Shown: positions 41,241-56,320 of the stretch, piece by piece
Position numbering within the stretch: the first letter of the stretch is position 1
How the letters are laid out: every line of letters starts with the position of its first letter
Translations under genes and position numbers: made by a program
The notes under the pieces: model-generated
Database searches by the model: none
What the model saw: the letters and a program-made list of their open reading frames with translations, nothing else
Told to the model about the DNA's origin: nothing
NCBI GenBank assembly: GCA_038143065.1
Contig: JAYQLI010000035.1
Location: forward strand, 1,920,894-1,984,893
Direction: 5' to 3'
Length of the DNA stretch: 64,000 nt
Source: Rhodospirillales bacterium
GTDB lineage: Bacteria > Pseudomonadota > Alphaproteobacteria > Bin95

Positions 41241-41530
41241 GCCTCATACTCCCGGCTGAAATATTTTATCTAAAAGCGTAGATTATTAATTTCGATTTCG
41301 AAATAGAAGATGATCGAAGAAATTGCTCAAACTTCTTAGTTGGACTGGTATTCCAGCCCCGAACACGTCCCGATAAATCAATCAAAAAATCTAAGGGGTT
41401 TTCTTTATAAAGATGCTTACGAAATACTTGAGCAAATAATAAATTTTTTTGTAGGACTTTATCTAAGAAGTTCTTTCGCTACCTAGAATATGCCTTAAGT
41501 TAAGCTCGCTGGCGGAACACTTAGAAAATA

Positions 41531-41947
41531 TTAGTGCGAAGACCTGCGAATTGCCTCTAGCTTTCCTTGCGCAACGCCAAGTCGTCTCTCAGCATCGGCG
41601 CGGTCATTATCAGAAGCTGCATTCGCTAAATCGCTTTCTGCAGATCGCAGATCAGCCTCGGCATCACCAACATTAATCTCGGATACTCGAACAGCTGATT
41701 CCGCTAGGACTGTACATCGCTCCCACGTAACCTCAGCAAAGCCACCAGCAACAAAGATACGATCACTGACCTCCCGGCCATCATATATCTCTATCACGCC
41801 TGGACGCACACTCGCTATCAGAGGTGCATGACCAGGCAGAACACCAAAATCACCTTCTCCCCCAGGCACGACAACCATATCTACTGGCATCGATACCACA
41901 AGGCGTTCTGGCGATACTAACTCAAACGCGACTTTATTATCGGCCAT
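41531..41947 (-). CDS. atpC: ATP synthase F1 epsilon
   Basis: FELVSPER, G.FGVLPGHAP, GGFAEV. Confidence 0.97.
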   Translation of the reverse strand: MADNKVAFELVSPERLVVSMPVDMVVVPGGEGDFGVLPGHAPLIASVRPGVIEIYDGREVSDRIFVAGGFAEVTWERCTVLAESAVRVSEINVGDAEADLRSAESDLANAASDNDRADAERRLGVAQGKLEAIRRSSH

Positions 41948-41974
41948 TTCAGCCCCCAACTGATGGCAATGAGA

Positions 41975-44339
<2,365 letters not shown>

Positions 44340-44404
44340 GCGCGTTAGCTTCCCGCGTCAAACTAGGTTCGCTTAAAAGGACCTGTTGTCCTAAAAAGCC
44401 TCGA

Positions 44405-45933
44405 TTAAGCGAAATTCTTAACGAATTCGCCCAAAAATTCGCTCAACTTGGATTTATTGTCATCCGACAACTGACCCGTTGCATTCACGTCCTCCATCAG
44501 ACCTGCCAGCTTATCTCTGGCAGCGGAGAGCATTGCTGTTTCAAACCTTGTCACGTCGCGGACTGCCACTTGATCAAGGAAACCATTAACCCCAGCAAAA
44601 ATAGATACGACCTGTTCAGCAACTGAAAGAGGTGTGTATTGGGGCTGCTTCAGAATCTCTGTTAACCGCGACCCACGAGCCAACAGTCTTTGCGTTGCTG
44701 CATCTAGGTCGGATGCAAACTGACTAAAGGCTTCCATCTCTCTATATTGGGCTAGCTCAAGTTTAATCGAGCCGGCCACGGACTTCATTGCTTTAGTCTG
44801 TGCAGCTGAACCAACACGGCTAACAGAGAGGCCAACGTTAATTGCAGGCCTGATACCCTTATAGAACAGGTTGGTCTCAAGGAAGATTTGCCCGTCGGTA
44901 ATTGAAATAACGTTCGTTGGAATAAATGCCGATACGTCGTTACCCTGTGTTTCAATCACTGGTAATGCCGTAAGAGACCCGCCGCCGTTAGCATCCGACA
45001 TCTTAGCCGCGCGCTCAAGTAAGCGGCTGTGGAGATAGAAGACGTCACCAGGGTATGCTTCACGACCTGGCGGGCGCCGTAACAGCAGCGACATCTGTCT
45101 ATAAGCTGTAGCCTGCTTTGAAAGGTCGTCATAAATAATTAAGGCATGCATTCCATTGTCACGGAACCATTCGCCCATGGCGCAACCAGCATAGGGGGCT
45201 AAAAACTGCATAGGCGCAGGCTCAGATGCCGATGCTGCCACCACAATGGTGTATTCCATTGCTCCGTATTCTTCCAGGGTCTTGACGACCTGGGCAACGG
45301 ACGAGCGCTTCTGTCCAACCGCTACATAAATGCAATAAAGTTTGCGCTTTTCGTCATCGCCAGAATTTACAGTTTTCTGGTTGATAATCGCGTCAATCGC
45401 AACCGCTGTTTTACCAGTTTGACGGTCTCCGATGATAAGCTCGCGCTGACCACGACCAATAGGAACCAGAGCATCGAGAGCTTTAATTCCAGTCTGCATC
45501 GGCTCATCAACAGATTGGCGCGGAATAATTCCAGGGGCCTTGACCTCAGCTAACCGCCGCTCGGCTCCTTCAATTGGGCCTTTGCCATCAATCGGGTTGC
45601 CAAGACCATCCACAACGCGCCTAACAGACCTTTTCCAACAGGGACGTCAACGATATCGCCAGTACGCTTAACGGTAGCGCCTTCTTGGATATTTCTATCA
45701 TCACCGAAGATAACAACGCCGACATTATCTGTCTCTAAGTTCAGCGCCATACCTTTGGTGCCGTCCTCAAATTCAACCATCTCGCCCGCTTGTACCTGGT
45801 CAAGGCCATAAACACGAGCGACGCCGTCGCCGACAGAGAGAACCTGTCCAACTTCAGCAACGTTTGCCTCGGTCCCAAAGTTCGCAATTTCGTTCTTTAG
45901 GATTGCGGAAATTTCGGCAGCCCGAATATCCAT
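44405..45933 (-). CDS. atpA: ATP synthase F1 alpha; frameshift near 45617-45621
   Basis: [45 protein letters not shown]. The expected LLGRVVDGLG is broken by one missing base. Confidence 0.98.
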
Positions 45934-46493
45934 CAAGCAGCTCCCTTCATGGAATTCTCAAGACGCTGCAGCTTTGAGCTGAGCGAACTGTCATACATAC
46001 GACTACCGACCCGAACAATTAGTCCGCCCAGCAGTTTAGGATCAACGTGGGTTTCGACCTGGGCTTGTGCGCCAACAGTTCTTTTCACCGCGTCTGTCAG
46101 TTTTGCGAGCTGCTCATCTGTCAGCTCTCTCGCAGATGTGACGTGTGCTGTAACCTCGCCACGTCGCTCTGCTAAAATTTCTAGAAAAGCACCGATGATG
46201 CCATCAAGGGCAAAGAGCCGACGGTTCTTTGCTACTAAAGCCAGAAAATTGCTGGAAAGCGGGTGTGCTCCGGCCTTAGCAGCGATAGCCTGAAGAGCTT
46301 TAACCTGGCTCTCACGTGCTAGATTTGGACTCCGTACCAAACGAACCAAATCTTCGCTTTCACCAAGAAGCGAGCGGAACGCGCGCAAGTCGTCCGCCAC
46401 GGCATCAAGTGCCTTCTGTTCATCAGCCAGTTCGTAGAGCGCCGAAGCATACCGCCCCGCGATCCCGGACCTCGATCCAGCTTGGGAAGCCAC
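45933..46493 (-). CDS. atpH: ATP synthase F1 delta
   Basis: [32 protein letters not shown] start at 46493 with SD GAGGAAGG upstream. Confidence 0.96.
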   Translation of the reverse strand: MASQAGSRSGIAGRYASALYELADEQKALDAVADDLRAFRSLLGESEDLVRLVRSPNLARESQVKALQAIAAKAGAHPLSSNFLALVAKNRRLFALDGIIGAFLEILAERRGEVTAHVTSARELTDEQLAKLTDAVKRTVGAQAQVETHVDPKLLGGLIVRVGSRMYDSSLSSKLQRLENSMKGAA

Positions 46494-46705
46494 CGATGGA
46501 CCCCTTCCTCTTAGACTTGTGTTCTTTGCCTTCTGAAACGACTGCTCAAACACCACTATGGCCGCCGCTGAGCGTCGACGCTCAAAACGGTCTCAATTTC
46601 GAAGCCTTCGCTATCACAGGCCAATCACGCGATGCAAGCTGAGTCCAACTTTTATTTGTGGTCTCTGAGTATGCTTGCTGCAATTTGCCGCAATTTAATC
46701 GCACC

Positions 46706-48908
46706 TCACATAAAATTGTACGGATCAACATCAATTGTTACTCGCACACCACCTCTGGAAATAGTTTCACCTATCCAATCTCTTAAAACCGCCTGCACGT
46801 CGACATGTCGAGCGGCCATTACTAGAAGACGCCAACGCCAACGCCCCCTTAGCTGAGCAATAGGCGCAGGCGCAGGGCCTAGGATTCGGACGTCGTCGTA
46901 GTTGGGTGCAGACTTAGCAATTGCACGCGCCATCTTTTCGGATTCAACCGAGTCCCGTCCAGAAATTATTATGGCTGCGAGACGTCCAAACGGAGGAAGT
47001 TTTGTATATTTTCGCGCTGCCGTCTCAGCATCGATAAACGCGTCACGATCGCCTGAAATTAATGCCTGCATCACAGAATGGTCTGGTTGGTGCGTTTGAA
47101 TAAGCGCTCGTCCAGGTCTTTCAGCTCGGCCCGCTCTACCAGACGCTTGTGTCAATAATTGAAAGGACCGCTCTCCAGCCCTTAAGTCTCCGCCCCCGAG
47201 TCCAAGGTCGCCATCCACTATGCCCACCAACGTCAAATTCGGAAAATGATGGCCTTTCGCAAGAACCTGCGTACCAACTGCAATATCTATTTCCCCCTCA
47301 ACCATTGCTCGAATAAATTCTTGTATAGCTGATGGTCCCGATAGGGTGTCAGAAGAAGCGATTTCGATGCGTGCTTTTGGCCAACGCTTGCGAGCTTCTT
47401 CAGCAACTCTCTCTACCCCAGGACCGGAAGCAGTAAGCTGGCCCTCAGCCCCACAATCTTCACATGAGTTTGGAAATCGTTTGGAAAAGCCACAGTGATG
47501 GCAAATTAGGCGGCCATTTAGCCTGTGCTCAACCAACCAAGCGCTGCAGCTAGGACATTCAACACGCGAACCACAGGATCGACATAAGGTTAGTGGTGCA
47601 TAGCCTCTACGATTTAAAAAAGGAGGGTTTGTTCTCCGGCAGAAAGTGTTTTTTCAATGGACTCCACCATCGGTTGTGCCAACCAAGAACCACGTTCAGG
47701 TGGTGTTGCCCTAAGATCAATTAAATCGACCTCCGGCTTCACAGCCACCCCGTGTCTGGAAGGGAGCTCTACGCGCCCATATCTTCCTCGCTGGACGTTA
47801 TTCAAGGTTTCAAGAGATGGGGTGGCTGACGCCAACACAACAGAGGCTTGTTCAAGCCGGCCACGAACTACGGCAATATCCCGAGCTTGATACCTTACCC
47901 CATCGTCCTGCTTATAGGCAGCTTCGTGTTCCTCATCTATCACTATTAGACCAAGGTTTTTAAATGGTAAAAAAGTGGCCGAACGAGCGCCAACAACTAC
48001 AGACGCTGAACCATCCGCTATTGCCCTCCACGCTCTACGACGCGCTGCACCACCCAATTCTGAATGCCAAATGATCGGCTGAGCTCCGAATCGATCAGTA
48101 AAGCGCTTCAGCCACTGATCTGTCAGAGAAATTTCTGGAACGAGGCATAGGGTCTGTCGGCCCATTGAAAGCGCTGCAGCAATTGCTTCCATGTACACTA
48201 CTGTCTTTCCTGATCCAGTAACGCCATCCAGTAAATCAACAGAAAATGCCGACGCGCATACCCTATGACGAAGAACATCCGCAGCTGAAGCTTGGTTTGA
48301 AGATAATGCTGGCTTCTTAAAGTTTCTCATCACCTCCGCTGGGTCATCGCTAGAGACTTCATGACTGTTGAGGAAGCCTGCTTGTGCCATTGCTCTCACA
48401 ACTTGTTGACCAACTCCAGCCAATCGAGCGGCCTCAACAGCTGGAAGGGGAGGCGCATTGGCTAAAGTTGCCAAAATGCGCTTTCGTTGTGGCGTAAGCC
48501 TGGCATTGGCCGGATATGATCTTGCTGACTGATAAACTGTCTTTGTGGGTGGGGGAGATAAAACAGTTCTCGGCAATGACAATCGCAAAACATTTCCAGG
48601 AGGCACAACCAGATATGCCGCCGTCCAATTAATTAGTCGACGCAGGCCTTGGGGTAACAAAGGGGCTTCGAGACGCCTTCGTATTGGTTTGAGCTTTGCC
48701 AAATCAATATTTGGATCGCCAACACCATCCCAAATAACTCCAATAGCCATACGGCCGCCTAGAGGCACCTCAACAAGAGAGCCAGGAGGGAGCTCTGGCG
48801 GCGCAAGATAGGATAAAGCAGTACTTAGGGGGCCGTCGTCAAAACAGGACGAACGACAAGAGTTTCGTCGATCAAATCGTCTACAATGCTGGCTTCAAGA
48901 TCCGGCAT
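46706..48908 (-). CDS. priA: Primosomal protein N' (replication restart helicase); frameshifts near 48828-48832 and 47616-47621
   Basis: GVTGSGKT, DEEH..YKQ, SATPS, LFLNRRGYAP (after correction), Cys-rich zinc region, QASGRAGR, GPAPAP. Confidence 0.95.
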
Positions 48909-48962
48909 AGGTTATTTAATAGATCCTTAAGTTGAAGCGGTTTGCAAAAAGGATGGCCCGCA

Positions 48963-49619
48963 ATGAAGTTCTTTGTCGATACGGCAGACGTCTCTGAAAT
49001 AAAAGATTTAGCAGCTACTGGACTACTGGATGGGGTAACAACCAACCCTTCTTTAATAGCAAAGTCTGGTCGTAAAATCTTGGATGTCATCAGCGAAATC
49101 TGTGAACTTGTTGACGGCCCAGTGTCTGCCGAAGTTGCTGCAACTGACTTTGAAACAATGCTCAAGGAGGGACAAAAACTCTCCAAAATTGCTTCTAACG
49201 TAACGGTAAAGGTGCCGCTTACAGTTGATGGCCTCAAAACATGCAAGGCTCTGTCAGATGACGGGATAATGGTTAATGTAACCCTATGTTTCTCGGCAAA
49301 TCAGGCTCTTTTAGCTGCAAAAGCTGGAGCAAGCTTTGTATCCCCGTTTGTGGGAAGGTTAGACGATATAGGCGAAGACGGAATGTTTCTTATCGAAGAT
49401 ATCGTTGGCATATATGACAATTACCCATCCCTAGGGACTGAAGTACTTGCCGCATCAATTCGCCATACAGCACATGTTCTAGCAGCCGCAAAAGCGGGGG
49501 CCCATGTCGCTACAATTCCCCCAAACGTCATAAGACAATTGTATAATCATCCCCTCACAGACAAAGGCTTAGAAGCCTTTTTAGCCGACTGGGCATCAAC
49601 CGGGCAGTCAATTCTTTGA
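48963..49619 (+). CDS. fsa: Transaldolase (fructose-6-phosphate aldolase family)
   Basis: [45 protein letters not shown]. Confidence 0.93.
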   Translation: MKFFVDTADVSEIKDLAATGLLDGVTTNPSLIAKSGRKILDVISEICELVDGPVSAEVAATDFETMLKEGQKLSKIASNVTVKVPLTVDGLKTCKALSDDGIMVNVTLCFSANQALLAAKAGASFVSPFVGRLDDIGEDGMFLIEDIVGIYDNYPSLGTEVLAASIRHTAHVLAAAKAGAHVATIPPNVIRQLYNHPLTDKGLEAFLADWASTGQSIL

Positions 49620-50332
49620 CCTCTCAAAGCGCAGCTTCTCCGAAGTCTACTCTAAACGCAGAGGAAGTTGCTGGCTGGTTAAAAGAAAACCCTAATTTTC
49701 TCATTGAGAGACCCGATGTTCTAGCTGCATTAAATCCACCGGACAGAGGTGGTGGAAGCGTGGTCGACTTGCAGCATGCAATGGTCAAACGCCAGCGCGA
49801 AGAGTTAGATAAATTAAAAGCAAATTGGCGGGATTTGCTCGCTCTTTCTCGGACTAATTTGTCCAATCAAGCTTCAATCTTCGAAGCTACACTTACAGCC
49901 ATTCGGGCTGCTAGTTTTGAAGCGTTGATTGAGGCAATTACAGAACGCTATCCAGAAATCCTAGGGTACGAAGCAGTTACTCTTTGTATTGAAACGGATA
50001 GAGCAGCAAGCTCAAGTCCTCAAAACGTGCGTCAAGTGCGATTTGGCGATATAGACGCCTATCTTGGCGGCAATCTAAAACAATCTCGCTTTATTGCAGA
50101 TTTAGAACCTGACCCTACCCTGTTTGGGCCGGTCTCAGGAATTATAAAATCCGCGGCACTGGTTCGGGTAGATATGGGTTCAACCGCGCCCAAAGCTCTC
50201 TTAGCAATAGGTGGTCGCGAGGTTAATACCTTTACCCCTGATGATGGTGATGATCTCCTTGTTTTTCTTGGACAGGCCCTCGGTGGAACTTTCACTGCTT
50301 GGCTTGATTTCACGCCAGATATTAGCGAATGA
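49616..50332 (+). CDS. DUF484 family protein
   Basis: V..WL.ENPNF, VVDLQ, GAF-like C-terminus; conserved position upstream of xerC. Confidence 0.85.
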   Translation: MTSQSAASPKSTLNAEEVAGWLKENPNFLIERPDVLAALNPPDRGGGSVVDLQHAMVKRQREELDKLKANWRDLLALSRTNLSNQASIFEATLTAIRAASFEALIEAITERYPEILGYEAVTLCIETDRAASSSPQNVRQVRFGDIDAYLGGNLKQSRFIADLEPDPTLFGPVSGIIKSAALVRVDMGSTAPKALLAIGGREVNTFTPDDGDDLLVFLGQALGGTFTAWLDFTPDISE

Positions 50333-51285
50333 TTTCTTCCAGATCCGATTTAAACCTCGCTGGGTTAGCACCGAATCTTACCAGAGCAATAGCCCTCTGG
50401 AGAGATTGGTTGAGAGGGCAGCGTCGCCTCGCCGAGAATACAGAAAAAGCCTATGTAACTGACGTTTCTGAGTTCATGGCATTTCTTATCGAGCACCTTG
50501 GTGAAACACCAGATTTAGCAGCCATCGAGCGTTTACATATTCGCGACTATCGAGCATGGCTTGCGAGGCGCGCTGCAAAGGGAATTTCTGCCTCAAGTCG
50601 GGCCAGAGGACTTGCGGCTGTCCGAGGGCTAATGCGTTTTCTAACGAGGCAAGAGTTCATTAAGGAGTCGGCCGCTTCGGCCGTTCGTGCACCAAAGCAA
50701 CCCAAACGTCAGCCTCGACCACTTGGTGTTCAAACTGCAAAGGCCGTCCTCAAGGAGGCAGCCACACCGCCGCGACCAGAAGTGGAAGCTTGGGTCGCGC
50801 TACGCGATCATGCTCTACTTTTTCTTCTCTATGGAGCAGGATTGCGTATAGGAGAAGCGTTGTCTCTTACCCGCAGGCAAGCACCTATAGGGGAAACACT
50901 TACCGTAACCGGCAAGGGCGGAAAAACGCGAATGGTGCCAGTCATTCCATCAGCACGTCTAGCCGTAGATTCTTATTTGGCTGCCTGCCCTCATCAAGTC
51001 GGAAAAGATGGACCACTATTTTTAGGCGTAAGAGGCGGGCTTTTAGCTGATGGCATTGCTCGGCGGCGCATGAGGGAAATACGGGTGAGCTTAGGATTGC
51101 CAGAAAGCGCTACCCCTCATGCTTTACGCCATAGCTTTGCGACTCATTTATTAGAAGCCGGTGGTGACCTCCGGACCATCCAAGAACTTCTTGGCCACGC
51201 AGGACTTTCAACAACACAGCGCTATTTAGGCGTCGACAGGGCACGGCTGCTTGATGCGTACAGGGCTGCTCATCCACGAGCCTAA
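50329..51285 (+). CDS. xerC: Tyrosine recombinase XerC
   Basis: [54 protein letters not shown]; DUF484 context. Confidence 0.92.
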   Translation: MISSRSDLNLAGLAPNLTRAIALWRDWLRGQRRLAENTEKAYVTDVSEFMAFLIEHLGETPDLAAIERLHIRDYRAWLARRAAKGISASSRARGLAAVRGLMRFLTRQEFIKESAASAVRAPKQPKRQPRPLGVQTAKAVLKEAATPPRPEVEAWVALRDHALLFLLYGAGLRIGEALSLTRRQAPIGETLTVTGKGGKTRMVPVIPSARLAVDSYLAACPHQVGKDGPLFLGVRGGLLADGIARRRMREIRVSLGLPESATPHALRHSFATHLLEAGGDLRTIQELLGHAGLSTTQRYLGVDRARLLDAYRAAHPRA

Positions 51286-51425
51286 ATCCACAAAGAGTGT
51301 CGTTTTGTTTTTTTGTTAAGTTTATTTTGGACGAAAGTCTGAGTTACCAGATTGCGAGGAATACCCACCCACGCTAGAACCACGTCCATTCTGTTATATT
51401 TTCTACCATAAGGGGCCACCCAGAT

Positions 51426-53108
51426 ATGGCGTCGTATCAATACATTTATGTGATGAAGGACCTCTCAAAAGTATACCCTGGAGGGAAGAAAACATTAGAA
51501 AATATATGGCTGTCATTCTTACCTGGCGCCAAGATTGGCGTGCTTGGTGCTAACGGCGCTGGTAAATCCACTTTGCTAAAAATTATGGCCGGCGTGGACG
51601 GAGAGTTTCAAGGAGAAGCATGGGCTGCCGAAGGCGTTAAGGTAGGGTACCTTCCTCAAGAGCCCGAGCTTAACCCGGCTAAAGACGTTATGGGAAATGT
51701 CATGGAAGGTGTGGGGGAAATTCAATCTCTCATAGACCGATTTAATGAAGTTTCCATGAAATTTGCAGAAGAACTCTCCGACGATGAAATGAACCAGGCA
51801 ATAGCAGAACAAGGCGAATTGCAGGAACAAATTGATGCTGTTGATGGTTGGGAAATTGAACGCAAGGTTGAAATTGCGATGGACGCCCTTCGCTGTCCAC
51901 CAGGCAATGCCGACATTACCAACCTTTCTGGTGGTGAAAAACGACGAGTAGCACTCTGTCGGCTTTTACTCTCCAATCCAGACATGCTCTTGCTTGACGA
52001 ACCAACTAACCACCTCGACGCAGAATCAGTGGCCTGGCTAGAGCGCTTTCTCCACGACTTTCCTGGAACTGTCGTGGCAGTAACTCACGATCGCTACTTT
52101 CTAGATAATGTTGCCGGATGGATACTCGAACTAGATAGAGGAAAGGGCATCCCCTACGAAGGCAACTACACCGGTTGGCTTGAACAGAAACAGAAGCGGC
52201 TTCTCCAAGAAGAACGACAGGAGAAGGCACGCCAGCGCACCATCTCCCAGGAACTCGAATGGGTACGTCAGTCGCCTCGAGCTCGCCAAGCTAAAAATAG
52301 GGCTCGGATACAAGCTTATGACGCTCTGGTAGCAGAGGCTGGAAAGGAAACTCTGGAAACGGCCCAAATTGTAATTCCTCCTGGGGAACGACTGGGCGAC
52401 AACGTTATAGAGGCAACACACCTCACCAAGGCGTTTGGTGATAGACTATTAATTGATGACCTCACTTTCCGACTGCCTCCTGGCGGCATTGTTGGGGTTG
52501 TGGGCCCAAATGGCGCCGGCAAGACAACCCTGTTCAGAATGCTTACTGGACAGGAGACCCCTGACTCTGGGGCTCTGAAGGTGGGCGACACAGTCAGTCT
52601 TGGATACATCGATCAGAACCGTGACGCGCTCAGTCCGGAAAAAACCGTATGGGAAGAAATATCTGATGGACTTGACGTCATTGAACTTGGGAAGCGTCAA
52701 GCACCTAGCCGTGCTTACGTAGGCGCTTTTAATTTCAAAGGATCAGATCAACAAAAGCGCGTGGGGCAATTGTCGGGTGGTGAACGTAACCGAGTATATC
52801 TGGCAAAAATGCTGAAGTCAGGGGCCAATGTTCTCCTTTTAGACGAACCCACAAATGATCTTGATGTTGATACGCTACGGGCACTTGAAGAGGCACTTCT
52901 TACGTTCCCAGGCTGCGCCGTCGTGATTAGCCATGATCGATGGTTTCTGGACCGCATCGCCACTCATATCATGGCTTTTGAGGGTGATAGCCATGTGGAG
53001 TGGTTTGAAGGAAATTATGAAGACTATGAAATTGATAAAAAACGGCGCCTTGGGAAAGACGCCGACCAGCCTCAAAGAATTAAGTACAAACCAATAGCCC
53101 GAAGTTAG
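51426..53108 (+). CDS. ettA: ABC-F translational throttle protein
   Basis: Two ABC domains, [26 protein letters not shown]. Confidence 0.96.
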   Translation: MASYQYIYVMKDLSKVYPGGKKTLENIWLSFLPGAKIGVLGANGAGKSTLLKIMAGVDGEFQGEAWAAEGVKVGYLPQEPELNPAKDVMGNVMEGVGEIQSLIDRFNEVSMKFAEELSDDEMNQAIAEQGELQEQIDAVDGWEIERKVEIAMDALRCPPGNADITNLSGGEKRRVALCRLLLSNPDMLLLDEPTNHLDAESVAWLERFLHDFPGTVVAVTHDRYFLDNVAGWILELDRGKGIPYEGNYTGWLEQKQKRLLQEERQEKARQRTISQELEWVRQSPRARQAKNRARIQAYDALVAEAGKETLETAQIVIPPGERLGDNVIEATHLTKAFGDRLLIDDLTFRLPPGGIVGVVGPNGAGKTTLFRMLTGQETPDSGALKVGDTVSLGYIDQNRDALSPEKTVWEEISDGLDVIELGKRQAPSRAYVGAFNFKGSDQQKRVGQLSGGERNRVYLAKMLKSGANVLLLDEPTNDLDVDTLRALEEALLTFPGCAVVISHDRWFLDRIATHIMAFEGDSHVEWFEGNYEDYEIDKKRRLGKDADQPQRIKYKPIARS

Positions 53109-53111
53109 GGT

Positions 53112-53822
53112 CTAACGCCCTCCTTCATCCGGATCCAAATGTTGGCCAAGGTCAGCGGCTGCTTCTGCGTCAGGGTCTACAGAGGCTGCTGGACTGGGCA
53201 GTTCTAATTCTTCTTCTCGATGAGTAAAGTCTGCAATGGATGACGCTTGCTCATCAAGCAGGCCTAACTGCTCCAGCTCTTTAATTCCTGGAAGATCGCT
53301 GACTGCATTTAGACCAAAGTGAAGCAAAAATTCATTGCTTGTCACCCATGTTAAAGGCTTGCCCGGGGCATCGCGTCGTCTGCCGGGTCGAATCCACCCT
53401 AGATCCAACAAGGCGTCCATCACACCACTAGATAAAGATACGCCACGCATGCGCTCAATTTCCGGTCTCGTAATGGGCTGGTGATACGCAATTATGGCAA
53501 GAGTCTCGACTTGAGCTCGGGTAAGCTTCTTAATCTCTTCGCGCTCTACAGTAAGTGCGGCCGCAAGATCTGGAGCGGTTTGGAAAACCCAGCCACCGGC
53601 AACCCTCATGACATGTACACCACGGCTGCGATAACGATCCTGCAGTCGTGACATAACGCGAGCAATATCCGTACCTTTGGGTAGGCGCTCAGCAAGAGCG
53701 GGCTCCTCCACGGGTAAAGGAGAAGCAAATAGAATTGCCTCGGCTAATCGTTCTGCCAGCTCTAGCTTTTCTGGGTTCTCTAATTCGGGACCTACATCGA
53801 AAGCGGGGCTATCATCAGTCAT
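53112..53822 (-). CDS. scpB: SMC-Scp complex subunit ScpB
   Basis: EAILFAS, ETLAIIAYHQPITRPEIE..RGV, FGL...DLP. Confidence 0.94.
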   Translation of the reverse strand: MTDDSPAFDVGPELENPEKLELAERLAEAILFASPLPVEEPALAERLPKGTDIARVMSRLQDRYRSRGVHVMRVAGGWVFQTAPDLAAALTVEREEIKKLTRAQVETLAIIAYHQPITRPEIERMRGVSLSSGVMDALLDLGWIRPGRRRDAPGKPLTWVTSNEFLLHFGLNAVSDLPGIKELEQLGLLDEQASSIADFTHREEELELPSPAASVDPDAEAAADLGQHLDPDEGGR

Positions 53823-54606
53823 CAATTTGGGCATTCTCTTGAGCGCGTAAATAAATTGGACCAAACAGATTGTCTTGGCGAATTGCCAGTTTACCATCTT
53901 TGCTAAGCTGAAGACTTGCAACAAAGGTAGAGGCCCAGGCACTGCGTCGCATTATCGGGTCACCTGTTACAAGCGGCAGAAAAGTCTCCATAGTCTGCCA
54001 GTCCATACCTATCCCCAGCATAGCAGTGAGACGGGTTATAGCTGCCTCCACCGTGTGAAGGTTAGATCGCCGAATGGATAGCGCACGGCTGCGGGTACGT
54101 CTCTGGATACCAGCATAGGCTTGAAGCAATTCAGTTATATCGGTTACCGGTATGGAGGTTACGTCTTCGGGGAGAGCTTCTTCTTTTCCTCTTGAAAACC
54201 TATCAATTCCAAGGCGTGGGCGGCTAAGCAGCTCTTTCGCGGCTTCCTGTAATACAGCCAATCGTTGAAGGCGCTGCGCTAGCGCGGCAGCCATTGCCTC
54301 TGGCGAAGGCCCATCTTCAGGTAGGACTTCCTCCTTTGGAAGAAGAAGGCGTGATTTAAGATATGCTAACCACGCAGCCATGACGAGATAGTCAGCAGCA
54401 ATCTCTAATTCCAGTCCCTTTGCTTCTTCTATAAACGCCAGATATTGCTCGGCTAATTTTAAAATTGATATTTGCAAAAGATCTACCTTTTGATCTCTTG
54501 CCATTTGTAACAAAAGGTCGACCGGTCCTTCATACAAACCTAGATCGACAACCAATTGATTGCGAGGCTTAGGAAAGTCCGGTTCAAATTCAACAGTCTC
54601 GTTCAT
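53815..54606 (-). CDS. scpA: Segregation/condensation protein ScpA (kleisin)
   Basis: YEGPVDLLL, ADYLVMAAWLAYLKSRLLLP, STF.ASL.L, Q..FGPIY. Confidence 0.95.
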   Translation of the reverse strand: MNETVEFEPDFPKPRNQLVVDLGLYEGPVDLLLQMARDQKVDLLQISILKLAEQYLAFIEEAKGLELEIAADYLVMAAWLAYLKSRLLLPKEEVLPEDGPSPEAMAAALAQRLQRLAVLQEAAKELLSRPRLGIDRFSRGKEEALPEDVTSIPVTDITELLQAYAGIQRRTRSRALSIRRSNLHTVEAAITRLTAMLGIGMDWQTMETFLPLVTGDPIMRRSAWASTFVASLQLSKDGKLAIRQDNLFGPIYLRAQENAQIDD

Positions 54607-55292
54607 CACCAGCCGGTTATCCCGTAAACCACGGAAAGAATAAAGCCCGCGCCACCAACGGCCCAGTCGGCTATTGGGTTAAATCTAATGCCAAACTCCG
54701 ACAAAAGAGCGGGTAGAATTAACGCTAGACCAAAAACTAAAAGAATGCCAAAGCGCTCAAAAACCTGGATCCGTTCTGAAACCCTAGCAGGAAGCGCCAC
54801 CATCATAACTCTTCCACCATCGAGGGGGGGCAAGGGTAACATGTTGAACGCCGCCAGCAGCGCATTAACAACGATTAAATTTTTTAGGTTTGGTTCAAGC
54901 CAAGAGCCGACGAAGTTAGGCAATAACGGAACGATGTAGAGTAAAACCGCTGCTAAAAGTGCGAGAACTATATTCGCTAATGGTCCCGCCAACGCTACCA
55001 GAGCTGTGCCAATGCGTTCAGGCTTTAGCCTCTTAAAAAATACAGGCACTGGCTTCGCGTAGCCAATAATAAATCCAGCACTCGTTATCAGCAGAAGTGC
55101 TGGAAGTAACAAGGTTCCGAAAATATCTATGTGAACCAAGGGATTCAGGGAGGTGCGGCCATTTCTGTGGGCAAAGTCGTCACCAAGCCAATACGCAGCA
55201 TAAGCGTGCCCCGCCTCATGAATCGTAATTGCTAAAACGACAGGTAGGGCCCATATCGAGACTAAATATGCAATTTGACCAATGTCACTCAT
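54606..55292 (-). CDS. Site-2 protease (M50) family membrane metalloprotease
   Basis: HEAGH, LNPLVHID, GYAKPVP, AGPLAN, FNMLPLPPLDGG. Confidence 0.92.
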   Translation of the reverse strand: MSDIGQIAYLVSIWALPVVLAITIHEAGHAYAAYWLGDDFAHRNGRTSLNPLVHIDIFGTLLLPALLLITSAGFIIGYAKPVPVFFKRLKPERIGTALVALAGPLANIVLALLAAVLLYIVPLLPNFVGSWLEPNLKNLIVVNALLAAFNMLPLPPLDGGRVMMVALPARVSERIQVFERFGILLVFGLALILPALLSEFGIRFNPIADWAVGGAGFILSVVYGITGW

Positions 55293-56320
55293 TTAAGAAC
55301 AATCTCGTCAAGTACTGCCCATAGTTCTGCGGCGAGCAGAAATGCATCATCATCGAAAGTCATTTGACGAGAACTAGACCAGTTTTGCCAAGTTTTTTCC
55401 AATCTATCTCCAGCGGGGCCTGCACCTTCAATGGCAGCAATATTCCCCCGCATGTCGCCAGGACAATAAAGCAATGCATCGCATCCAGCAGAGATAGCTG
55501 CAGCAGCCCTATCTCGAATAGGTCCATTCAATGCCTTCATTGCAAGGTCATCCGATAAAATAGCACCGGTAAAACCAGTCTCTAACCTGAGCCAGTCTAA
55601 ACATTTTCGTGAGCACGTGGCTGGCAAATCCGGGTCTAGGTGTCGATAAACTATATGAGCCGTCATAAAAAATGGGGCTTCTTTTACGGCCATAAATGGG
55701 GCCAAATCTGAAAGCAACTTGGCTAAGGGTGCTTCAACCACAGGCAACTGAAAATGGCTGTCACTAGTGGCCCTGCCATGACCCGGTGCGTGTTTTGCTG
55801 TTGTTGCTATACCCACCGACCTGAGGGCCTGCTCAGTGGCCGCAGCCAAATTAGCAACCTGAGATGGTATTTCTCCATATGAACGATCTCCGATTACCGA
55901 AACATCTGAGCCAGGAGCCGCGACATCACACATAGGCGCACATGCCACATCAATACCCAAAGGTGCTATAGTTGCCGCAATCGCAAGTCCTTGAAGTCGA
56001 GCAGCGAGCAGCCCTTTTTCCCTATCCCGCTTCCATAAAGCGCCTATTTGTCCTGCTGCTGGTAAACTAGGCCAATTTGGTGGTCCCAAACGTGCTACGC
56101 GCCCGCCCTCTTGGTCAATGAGAACGGGTGCATCCTCACGACCGACAACTTCACGAAAATCACTCGTTAAGCGGCGTATGCTTTCTGGAGCACCAAGATT
56201 TCTGGAAAATAAAATCAATCCGTACGGATTAGCCTCAGCAAAAAAACTTCGCTCCTCAGCCGTAAGGCGAGTGCCTGAGCAACCCAATATCGCCGCTGAT
56301 GGTCTGTTACTTTGCGACAA
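55289..56320 (-). CDS. nagZ: Beta-N-acetylhexosaminidase (GH3)
   Basis: IDQEGGRVARL, KHAPGHG...DSH, MTAH, SDDLAMKAL. Confidence 0.92.
   Translation of the reverse strand: MSQSNRPSAAILGCSGTRLTAEERSFFAEANPYGLILFSRNLGAPESIRRLTSDFREVVGREDAPVLIDQEGGRVARLGPPNWPSLPAAGQIGALWKRDREKGLLAARLQGLAIAATIAPLGIDVACAPMCDVAAPGSDVSVIGDRSYGEIPSQVANLAAATEQALRSVGIATTAKHAPGHGRATSDSHFQLPVVEAPLAKLLSDLAPFMAVKEAPFFMTAHIVYRHLDPDLPATCSRKCLDWLRLETGFTGAILSDDLAMKALNGPIRDRAAAAISAGCDALLYCPGDMRGNIAAIEGAGPAGDRLEKTWQNWSSSRQMTFDDDAFLLAAELWAVLDEIVLK

Noticed and set aside
41241-41530. AT-rich intergenic stretches (also 34015-34192, 2931-3179) as origin, sRNA or CRISPR leader
   Set aside because: No repeat arrays, DnaA-box clusters or convincing RNA structure were visible by eye.
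50329-51285. Prophage or island integrase
   Set aside because: Canonical XerC in its conserved fsa-DUF484-xerC context, with no att repeats or phage genes.
54606-55292. Site-2 protease between nagZ and scpA as a novel module
   Set aside because: S2P genes adjacent to scpAB are a recurrent proteobacterial arrangement.
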